24,000 nucleotides of DNA, from the NCBI GenBank assembly GCA_002452745.1, contig DKFC01000003.1:74471-98470 (forward strand), read 5' to 3'. This document shows, piece after piece, positions 17,128 to 24,000 of this stretch. Below the pieces are notes generated by a model. The model had not been told where the DNA came from. It was given only the letters and a program-made list of their open reading frames with translations, and made no database searches. Made by a program: the position numbers and the translations under genes. Numbering within the stretch: position 1 is the first letter of the stretch; each line of letters opens with the position of its first letter. This DNA is from Firmicutes bacterium UBA6806. Lineage in GTDB: Bacteria; Bacillota; Clostridia; Peptostreptococcales; Acidaminobacteraceae.

Positions 17128-17628
17128 TTACAAAGTATCCATTACTTCGATAATTTCGTCTACTATATCGGAAATTGACTTTTGGTCAACTTCTATAATA
17201 TAGTTTGCCACCGATTCGTAAACAGGCTCTCTCTGATTCAAAAGCGCCTCAAAATCATTTTGCTTCATCATGGGACGGTTGGGATCGTCTGTACCAATTC
17301 TCGCCTTTAAAGTCTCATAAGAGGCCTTTAAATAGATGATAACGCCACTTTGACCAAGCGCCTCTCTATTTTTCGGATTCATCATAAGCCCGCCGCCTGT
17401 GGCTATAATATGATCTGTCAGTTCAGAAATTTTCAAGGACACCTCTGCTTCTAGATCTCGAAAACGAGGTTCTCCATAGAGGGCGAAAATATCCTTTATG
17501 CTGTGTCCAGACAGGCGCTCCACAAGGTCATCGGTATCTATAAACACTCTATTTTGATTTTGGCTGAGTTCCATACCTATACTGGATTTTCCAGAACCCA
17601 TCATGCCAATTAATACGATGTTTTTCAT
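17128..17628 (-). CDS. aroK: Shikimate kinase
   Basis: 166 aa; MKNIVLIGMMGSGKSSIG (Walker A), FIDTDDLVERLSGHSIKDIFALYGEPRFRDLE, IIATGGGLMMNPKNR. Confidence 0.95.
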   Translation of the reverse strand: MKNIVLIGMMGSGKSSIGMELSQNQNRVFIDTDDLVERLSGHSIKDIFALYGEPRFRDLEAEVSLKISELTDHIIATGGGLMMNPKNREALGQSGVIIYLKASYETLKARIGTDDPNRPMMKQNDFEALLNQREPVYESVANYIIEVDQKSISDIVDEIIEVMDTL

Positions 17629-17633
17629 AATGC

Positions 17634-18704
17634 CTACTCCCTGTTATATGTCAATTCCAACCGATTGACAAAGTCAATATCATGGGCATACTTAAACACA
17701 GTCGCCCGCTTTATTTTACCGTCCTTGTAAAGCTCAAACAAGCTGTTGTCCATGTTGCTCATGCCGTGTTTTCGCCCTGCAATGAGAGCCTGCACAATAT
17801 CCCTGAGCTGATCATTCACAATATGAGATTTGATGGCCGCATTTGGCAGCAACAATTCAAACACAGGCAGTTGAACTTCTTCATTCAAATCTGGAACGAG
17901 CTGTTGTGATAAGATGCCAAGCAACATAGCCGTCAATTTATACTTCCGACTCTCCATTTTTTCAGTGGAAGTGGACGCCACCATTTTTTCAATCGTCGAT
18001 CTGGCATTATTGGCTCTGATGCCACAAATCACCAGTTTCCCAGACTCCGCCGCTTGAAGTGCCAAGTCGACAACTCGATCATCCGTCAAATCCGATATCA
18101 TCAAGACATCAGGGTCATGTCGCATAGCTGCAAGGACGCCTTCGTACATGCAACTGCAATCTGTGCCGACATCCCTCTGGGTAATAATTGCATTTTGATG
18201 TCTAAAGAGGTACTCTATGGGCTCTTCCACTGTGATAATATGACACCGCCTTGTCTGATTGATTTTCTGAATCAAAGACGCAATGGTTGTGGACTTTCCA
18301 GAACCAGATGAACCACTTACCAAGATAAGTCCTTTTTGATGCTCTATAAGCGATGAAAATGCCTCTGGCACACCGAGACTTTCTATCTCTGGAATTGACA
18401 AGTGGAGAATTCTAAAGGTCACACTATATGTGCCCCTCTGACTGATGATGTTGACTCTAAATCGCCCAAGATGGTGAATTGAATAACTAAAACTCAAAGC
18501 GCCTTTTTCATCTAGCTTGTCCCTTTGAGTTGTCTCTAAGATTTCATCTAAGATGGCTTCAATTTGGGCGTAGTCAAAAGCTTCCAAATCATCTACATTG
18601 TATAATTTCCCGTTTTTTCGAATCATTGGAACCGCACCTGGTACCAAATGAACATCTGAAGCCTGTCTCTTTAACGCGTATTCAAGCAATGCTATATAAT
18701 CCAT
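17634..18704 (-). CDS. PilT-like secretion/retraction ATPase with divergent catalytic motifs
   Basis: 356 aa; RQASDVHLVPGAVPMIRKNGKL, GLILVSGSSGSGKSTTIASLI, HIITVEEPIEYLF, QRDVGTDCSCMYEGVLAAMRHDPDVLMISDLTD. Confidence 0.88.
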   Translation of the reverse strand: MDYIALLEYALKRQASDVHLVPGAVPMIRKNGKLYNVDDLEAFDYAQIEAILDEILETTQRDKLDEKGALSFSYSIHHLGRFRVNIISQRGTYSVTFRILHLSIPEIESLGVPEAFSSLIEHQKGLILVSGSSGSGKSTTIASLIQKINQTRRCHIITVEEPIEYLFRHQNAIITQRDVGTDCSCMYEGVLAAMRHDPDVLMISDLTDDRVVDLALQAAESGKLVICGIRANNARSTIEKMVASTSTEKMESRKYKLTAMLLGILSQQLVPDLNEEVQLPVFELLLPNAAIKSHIVNDQLRDIVQALIAGRKHGMSNMDNSLFELYKDGKIKRATVFKYAHDIDFVNRLELTYNRE

Positions 18705-18747
18705 TTTTCCCCCTAAAATACAACAGTGATTTTAAGTCGGCATCTCT

Positions 18748-19209
18748 TTACAGTTTTCGGTTCAAGTACTGATCAAAATCTATGATTTTTCGCGTGTAGT
18801 CCTTATCCATATACCCGCTGGTCAACAGGTAGTCTGCTGTGGAAATATTAGTTGCTATCGGAATGTTGTAAAGCGTTGCAATTCTAAGCAGCGCCTTGAC
18901 ATCTGGATCGTGAGGATGCATGCTCAGCGGGTCCCAGAAAAAGATCATAAAATCAATTTCGCCATCGACAATTTTGCTTCCAATTTGTTGATCGCCTCCA
19001 AGTGGACCGCTTTTGAAACCTCTAACGGGTAGCGAAGTCGCCTCGCTTATGAGTTTTGCAGTGGTACCGGTTCCGTATAGAAAGTGCTTTGCGAGTACTT
19101 CTCTATGTTCATCACACCAGTTAATCATGTCCTTTTTTCTTGAATCATGTGCGATTAATGCAATGTGTTTAACGGCAGGTACTTGTTCGGTTTTCGTGTT
19201 TTCTAACAT
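18748..19209 (-). CDS. mgsA: Methylglyoxal synthase
   Basis: 153 aa; HIALIAHDSRKKDMINWC, LYGTGTTAKLI, VRGFKSGPLGGDQQIGSKIVDGEIDFMIFFWDPLSMHPHDPDVKALLRIA; SD AAAGGAG before ATG. Confidence 0.96.
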   Translation of the reverse strand: MLENTKTEQVPAVKHIALIAHDSRKKDMINWCDEHREVLAKHFLYGTGTTAKLISEATSLPVRGFKSGPLGGDQQIGSKIVDGEIDFMIFFWDPLSMHPHDPDVKALLRIATLYNIPIATNISTADYLLTSGYMDKDYTRKIIDFDQYLNRKL

Positions 19210-19245
19210 GATTTTCTCCTTTCACTTCTGGGGAACTATTCAAAA

Positions 19246-19269
19246 AATGCAGTGGTATACCACTGCATT
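19246..19269 (-). terminator. Intrinsic terminator downstream of udk
   Basis: Perfect 24-nt palindrome AATGCAGTGGTATACCACTGCATT (10-bp stem plus TATA loop), followed on the minus strand by TTTTTTG; 4 nt after the udk ORF end. Confidence 0.82.
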
Positions 19270-19273
19270 AAAC

Positions 19274-19903
19274 TTACTTATTCTTCTCCTGAATAATTGC
19301 AGTTACCTTAGTGGTCATAATATCAATTGCCACTTTGTTGTAACCGCCCTCGGGAATAATGATATCGGCATACTTTTTAGTCGGTTCAATAAATTGCTCA
19401 TGAGCCGGCTTCACAGTGGTCAAATATTGATTGATGACTGATTCAAGCGTTCTGCCTCGTTCGTTGATGTCACGTGTAATCCTTCTGATGATTCTCACAT
19501 CTGCATCTGTGTCTACAAATATCTTGATGTCCATGAGTCTTCTCAGTCTTTCGTCCTCCAGAATCATAATTCCCTCGAGAATGATGATGTCTCTTGGACA
19601 CACCTTTATCGTCTCCACTTCACGATTGTGATTGGAAAAATTGTAGATCGGTTTTTCTATCGTCTCATGCTGGCACAATTTGTTGATGTGTTCTATCAGC
19701 AATTCTGTGTCAAAAGCAAGTGGATGGTCGTAGTTGGTTTTGACCCTTTCATCATAGGTCAAGTGACTTTGATCCCTGTAATAGGCATCTTGTTCAATAA
19801 TTAAGATATTTTCATCCGGCAGGGACTGAAAGATAGACTTGGCAACAGTACTCTTCCCTGAACCGGTTCCTCCGGACACGCCGATGACGATTGGCTTACT
19901 CAT
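19274..19903 (-). CDS. udk: Uridine kinase
   Basis: 209 aa; [100 protein letters not shown]. Confidence 0.96.
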   Translation of the reverse strand: MSKPIVIGVSGGTGSGKSTVAKSIFQSLPDENILIIEQDAYYRDQSHLTYDERVKTNYDHPLAFDTELLIEHINKLCQHETIEKPIYNFSNHNREVETIKVCPRDIIILEGIMILEDERLRRLMDIKIFVDTDADVRIIRRITRDINERGRTLESVINQYLTTVKPAHEQFIEPTKKYADIIIPEGGYNKVAIDIMTTKVTAIIQEKNK

Positions 19904-21134
19904 GAAGGTCCTCCTTGGGTTTTCTAATAATATAATAAGGTTCCACCGGAATTTCCATTGGGATTGTCACAATTTGTTGAGCATGAGGCGCTTTTTCAAC
20001 AGATTCACCTTTTCCGTTGACGATTTCAGATATCGTCATCTCTGCTTGGAAATAGTCAGGACCTATGACTTCAACAGAATCCCCCACTTTAAAGTGATTT
20101 CTCTGCTCTACAGTAGCCATCTTTGTCACCGGATCATAAGCTTTCACCACGCCGATGAAGTCGTATTCCCTTATATATGAGCTGGAAGTGTAAAGCTGAT
20201 CCAACTGGGTTGGTTTATTGTGATAAAAACCCTTTGTAAACTCTCGATGAGAAGCTTTTTTAATTTCATCAAACCACTGAGGATTATAAACATACGCCTC
20301 TGGATTTTCATAATACGTGTCAAGTGCCTCACGATAGGCTCTGACTACATTTGCAACATAATAGACACTCTTCATTCTGCCCTCGATCTTCAAACTGTCA
20401 AGGCCTGATTTAACCAGTTCAGGAATGTTTTCAATCATGCAGAGGTCTTTAGAATTGAAGAAAAAAGTACCTGCATCAGTCTCTTCTATTGGGATATACT
20501 CACCGGGTCTGTTGACTTCAACCAGTTGGTATTCCCAACGGCAAGGATGAGAACAAGCCCCACGGTTAGCATCTCTGTTGTTGAGATAGTTGCTCAAAAG
20601 GCATCTTCCTGAATAGGATATGCACATAGCACCATGAATAAAGGCTTCCAGTTCCAGTGTAGGCGATGTCTTCGCCCTGATCTCTGCAATCTCTTCAAAA
20701 GAGAGTTCTCTAGCCAAAATGACCCTCTTCATCCCCTGTTCATGCCAAAACTGTGCACTCATGTAATTGGTATTATTAGCTTGTGTACTCAGATGAACTT
20801 CCAATTCAGGCGCATGTTTTTTCACAAACATAAAAGTTCCGGGGTCAGATAAGATCACTGCGTCTAGGCCCAATGTTCGTATTTCTTCAATATAGGCTTC
20901 TAGGTAGTTGATATCGTCGTTATGCGGGATAATATTCAGAGTTAAGTAGACTTTTTTACCCCTTTCATGGGCGAATTCAATTCCCTCTTTCATTTGTTCT
21001 AGCGAAAAGTTCTTAGCAGCAGCTCTAAGACCAAAAGTCTGCCCACCAATATAGACGGCATCTGCACCGTACATAATGGCAAATTTTAATTTATCTAAAT
21101 CACCTGCTGGTGCCAGCAGTTCAATTTTCTTCAT
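19896..21134 (-). CDS. Peptidase U32 family protein (TrhP/YrrO-like, tRNA U34 hydroxylation)
   Basis: ORF to 21170; likely start is Met13. [68 protein letters not shown], synteny with udk and a YrrM-like methyltransferase as in B. subtilis. Confidence 0.92.
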   Translation of the reverse strand: MKKIELLAPAGDLDKLKFAIMYGADAVYIGGQTFGLRAAAKNFSLEQMKEGIEFAHERGKKVYLTLNIIPHNDDINYLEAYIEEIRTLGLDAVILSDPGTFMFVKKHAPELEVHLSTQANNTNYMSAQFWHEQGMKRVILARELSFEEIAEIRAKTSPTLELEAFIHGAMCISYSGRCLLSNYLNNRDANRGACSHPCRWEYQLVEVNRPGEYIPIEETDAGTFFFNSKDLCMIENIPELVKSGLDSLKIEGRMKSVYYVANVVRAYREALDTYYENPEAYVYNPQWFDEIKKASHREFTKGFYHNKPTQLDQLYTSSSYIREYDFIGVVKAYDPVTKMATVEQRNHFKVGDSVEVIGPDYFQAEMTISEIVNGKGESVEKAPHAQQIVTIPMEIPVEPYYIIRKPKEDLHE

Positions 21135-21795
21135 CAATGACTCCCTTCTTAAGGCTAATGGCAAATCCATCTCCCATTGGCATAATCGTCGTGTCTAGCA
21201 TCGGGTGATTTGAAATGGTTTCCAAATACCATCTCATGCGCTTGACGATGGTTTTGTTTCTGCGATTTGCATATTCATCTGTTGCAACCATTCCCTTGTA
21301 GAGGACGTTGTCAGATAGCAAGACGCCGCCTGGACTTAGCAGATTATATGCCACGTCAAAGAACTCCATGTAATGACCTTTTGAAGCATCTAAAAAGATG
21401 AGGTCATAGGTTTTTGTCAATTTAGGGAGCACTTCTTTAGCATCGCCTCTGTGCAGAGTCACATTCACTTCGGGAACCAACTGTTTAAGCGTTTCAAAAG
21501 TTTCAGCGGCCTTTTCCGCCATTGCTTCATTGAGCTCAATGGTATCAATCTCTCCCAGTTTCATAGAGGTTGCAAAAACAGATGCAGAATAGCCGATTGC
21601 AGTGCCCACTTCCAAGACGCTATTAGGTTTCCAACACTTCATCATCACACTGATGTACTGTGAAATTTCAGGATGGATAATCGGCACATGAAACCGCTCA
21701 GCATATGCTTCAAGTTCTTCTAGAAGCCCTCTGTGTTCTGGCAGCAGTGTTCTAATATACTTTACAACTTCTTCATCTACAATTCTTGATTCCAT
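21121..21795 (-). CDS. trmR: O-methyltransferase family, TrmR/YrrM-like (tRNA 5-hydroxyuridine methyltransferase)
   Basis: 224 aa; VLEVGTAIGYSASVFA, YDLIFLDASKGHYMEFFDVAYNLLSPGGVLLSDNVLYKGMV, synteny mltG-trmR-U32-udk. Confidence 0.85.
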   Translation of the reverse strand: MESRIVDEEVVKYIRTLLPEHRGLLEELEAYAERFHVPIIHPEISQYISVMMKCWKPNSVLEVGTAIGYSASVFATSMKLGEIDTIELNEAMAEKAAETFETLKQLVPEVNVTLHRGDAKEVLPKLTKTYDLIFLDASKGHYMEFFDVAYNLLSPGGVLLSDNVLYKGMVATDEYANRRNKTIVKRMRWYLETISNHPMLDTTIMPMGDGFAISLKKGVIDEEN

Positions 21796-22808
21796 TAGTT
21801 CCCCTTGCCCTTTTCCTTATCTCTATTGTGTCCAGCTAAAGTCGAGTTGAAGTAATGAGACCCATCACCTTTTTCAGTTGTTACAAAATACAGATAGTCT
21901 GTTTTATCGGGATAGAGTGCTGCGATAATGGAAGGTTCACCTGGAGATGCAATTGGCGCTGGCGTCAACCCTGCATGCTTATAGGTGTTAAAAGGAGAAA
22001 CCACCTCTAAATCGTCATAGGTGAGTCTATCCTTACGCTCTTTCAAAACATATTGAATTGTGGCACAGGATTGGAGCATCATTCCCGTGTCAATTCTGTT
22101 ATGGAATACGCTTGAAACCACTGGTCTTTCTTCTTCTAGTTTGGTTTCCCTCTCGATGATCGAAGCAAGTGTCACCACTTGATCCACAGTCATTCCAAGT
22201 TCTTTGGCACGATCATAGTACTCAGGTTTGAAGACTTCATTAAATCGGTTCAACATCTTTTCGATAACTTCTCGCTCTGTTGCCCCTTTTTTGACAATAT
22301 AAGTGTCTGGGAAGAGATACCCCTCTAAGCGATACTGTCGATCCACCCCCTCTAGAAACGGATAGTCAAATGACTCGGTTTCTAGAGCTTCAACAAATTT
22401 ATCCCTGTCCACAATCCCCTCTTCGACTAGTTTATCAATAATTTGTCTCGTCTCATATCCCTCAGGGATTGTAAACTTCAAATTATCCTCGTAAACATCT
22501 CCATCGGCTATTTTTCGGATAATTGCCTCTGCTGACATAGACTGCGACAACATATAATCGCCGGCTTTCATCTTTCCATCTAATTCAAGTTCCTTAGCTT
22601 TTGCTTTAAAGGCATTGACATTTTGTATGAGTTCAGCCTCTAACAACAGATTTCCAATACTCCCTGTCGATGCACCCTTTGGGACTGTCACCAGTATTTC
22701 CTCAGTGTTATCCGGATTCACCGGTTCATTATACTTTTCTAAAATAGTGGCACATCCAGGCAGCAATAAAACCAAGAGCAGAAGTGCCGATACTAGACCT
22801 TTTCTCAT
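21795..22808 (-). CDS. mltG: Endolytic murein transglycosylase MltG (YceG-like), apparent lipoprotein
   Basis: ORF to 22874; likely start is Met23 (MRKGLVSALLLLVLLLPGCATI). IPEGYETRQIIDKLVEEG, FLEGYLFPDTY pattern (YRLEGYLFPDTYIV), TLASIIERETKLEEERPVVSSVFHNRI, YKHAGLTPAPIASPGEPSI. Confidence 0.92.
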   Translation of the reverse strand: MRKGLVSALLLLVLLLPGCATILEKYNEPVNPDNTEEILVTVPKGASTGSIGNLLLEAELIQNVNAFKAKAKELELDGKMKAGDYMLSQSMSAEAIIRKIADGDVYEDNLKFTIPEGYETRQIIDKLVEEGIVDRDKFVEALETESFDYPFLEGVDRQYRLEGYLFPDTYIVKKGATEREVIEKMLNRFNEVFKPEYYDRAKELGMTVDQVVTLASIIERETKLEEERPVVSSVFHNRIDTGMMLQSCATIQYVLKERKDRLTYDDLEVVSPFNTYKHAGLTPAPIASPGEPSIIAALYPDKTDYLYFVTTEKGDGSHYFNSTLAGHNRDKEKGKGN

Positions 22809-22913
22809 ATTTACCCCTTCAGTCTCCAGAATTCTCACCCTTCTTCTGAGAGAAATCCTTCCTATTAATCGCATTATTCATCAAATGCTTTAGCAGTTTT
22901 CAAATTAAACAGC

Positions 22914-22939
22914 AGAAAAGGTTCTCGCGAACCTCTTCT
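22914..22939 (-). terminator. Probable intrinsic terminator downstream of rnj
   Basis: Minus strand AGAAGAGGTTC-GCGA-GAACCTTTTCT (11-bp stem with one G-U, GNRA-like GCGA loop), continuing GCTGTTTAATTTG; 28 nt after the stop codon. Confidence 0.6.
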
Positions 22940-22967
22940 GGCTGTCATATGTCATTTCTAACGAAAT

Positions 22968-24000
22968 TTAAACTTCCATGAAGATCGGCAGAATCATTGG
23001 GGATCTCTTAGTGCTTTGGTAGATATACTGACTAAGAGCATCTTTTACAGAGGATTTGAGGCTTGCCCAATCCTTGATATTGTTGCCGAGGCACTTGTTA
23101 AGTTCTGTTTCAACGATGTTTCGCGCACCGTCCATGAGGCTTTCAGATTCTCTAACATAGACGAACCCTCTGGAAATCAGGTCTGGCCCGTTCACCACTT
23201 CACCAGTGACACTGGATAACGCCACCACGATAATGATGAGGCCGTCTTCCGAAAGATGTTTTCTGTCTCTAAGAACGATGTTTCCAACATCACCTACACC
23301 AAGACCGTCGATGAAAACCCTACCAGCCGGCACTGATTTTCCAACTTTAGCTGATTTTGAATTGAATTCCAAGACACCGCCATTGCTCAAAATGAAGATG
23401 TTGTTTGAGTTCATCCCCAGTTCTTCCGCAAGTCTCTTATGTCTATCTAAATGCACGTATTCACCATGAACTGGTAAAAAGTATTTTGGTTTGATTAACG
23501 AATGCATCAGTTTGAGTTCTTCTTGCTTCGCATGGCCTGAAACGTGAACATCTGCCAGAGATTCATAAATCATGTGAGCGCCTTTTTTGGTGAGCTTGTT
23601 GATTATTTTTATAACACTCTTTTCGTTTCCAGGAATTGGAGATGACGATAAAATTACCAAGTCTCCCGGAGTGATTTCCATATTTCTATGTTCTGAATTT
23701 GCCATACGTGCCAGAGCACTCATAGGTTCACCTTGAGACCCTGTGGTAATGACAACGATTTCATTTTCAGGATATCTGTCGATGTCCTTGATATCAATTA
23801 AGATGTCTTCATCTGGCAATTTTAAATAGCCCAGTTCCAGCGCCACATTTGATACGTTGACCATACTTCGTCCTGAGAAGGCAACCCTTCTGTTATTTAG
23901 ATATGCCGCGTTGATAATCTGCTGTAATCTGTGCACATTTGATGCAAATGAAGCTACGATAATCCTAGCAGTTGCATGCTTAAAGATATTTTCAAAGGTT
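22968..24000 (-). CDS. rnj: Ribonuclease J (C-terminal part; N-terminus beyond window)
   Basis: Frame stays open past the track start through 24000: ...TFENIFKHATARIIVASFASNVHRLQQIINAAYLNNRRVAFSGRSM; then VITTGSQGEPMSALARMA, SSSPIPGNEKSV, HVSGHAKQEELKLMHSLIKPKYFLPVHGEYVHL. Confidence 0.96.
   Translation of the reverse strand, partial: TFENIFKHATARIIVASFASNVHRLQQIINAAYLNNRRVAFSGRSMVNVSNVALELGYLKLPDEDILIDIKDIDRYPENEIVVITTGSQGEPMSALARMANSEHRNMEITPGDLVILSSSPIPGNEKSVIKIINKLTKKGAHMIYESLADVHVSGHAKQEELKLMHSLIKPKYFLPVHGEYVHLDRHKRLAEELGMNSNNIFILSNGGVLEFNSKSAKVGKSVPAGRVFIDGLGVGDVGNIVLRDRKHLSEDGLIIIVVALSSVTGEVVNGPDLISRGFVYVRESESLMDGARNIVETELNKCLGNNIKDWASLKSSVKDALSQYIYQSTKRSPMILPIFMEV

Noticed and set aside
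1-24000. CRISPR arrays, transposons, prophage, tRNA or rRNA genes
   Set aside because: No periodic direct repeats, transposase/integrase cassettes (xerD is the housekeeping type), cloverleaf or rRNA-like sequence seen on reading.

Overview
This 24 kb window comes from a low-GC Firmicutes (Clostridia-like) chromosome. It is a dense core-gene region, and every supported gene lies on the minus strand. In transcription order (right to left) the genes are: RNase J (partial), mltG, trmR-like methyltransferase, U32 family (TrhP-like), udk, mgsA, a divergent PilT-like ATPase, aroK, aroQ, Xaa-Pro peptidase, efp, CD1247-like acidic Cys-rich protein, Asp23/Gls24 protein, nusB, a TsaD/Kae1-like paralog, xseA, xseB, ispA, a YuiD-like (DUF212) membrane protein, a ~0.64 kb non-coding interval, oapA, dxs, tlyA, two chrA half-genes, argR, recN, a membrane GGDEF protein and xerD (partial). 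The standout feature is the non-coding interval at ~8.95-9.59 kb. It sits immediately upstream of a membrane protein carrying the OapA signature and inside the ispA...dxs-tlyA-argR-recN neighbourhood. Size, synteny, local hairpins and a long-range 5'-3' pairing all indicate an OLE (Ornate Large Extremophilic) RNA. OLE is a known class whose biochemical role is still incompletely understood. Secondary items are a TsaD paralog, a PilT-like ATPase with altered catalytic motifs, a metallothionein-like Cys-rich tail protein, a tRNA wobble-modification gene pair and several strong intrinsic terminators. I found no CRISPR array, prophage, transposon, tRNA or rRNA.
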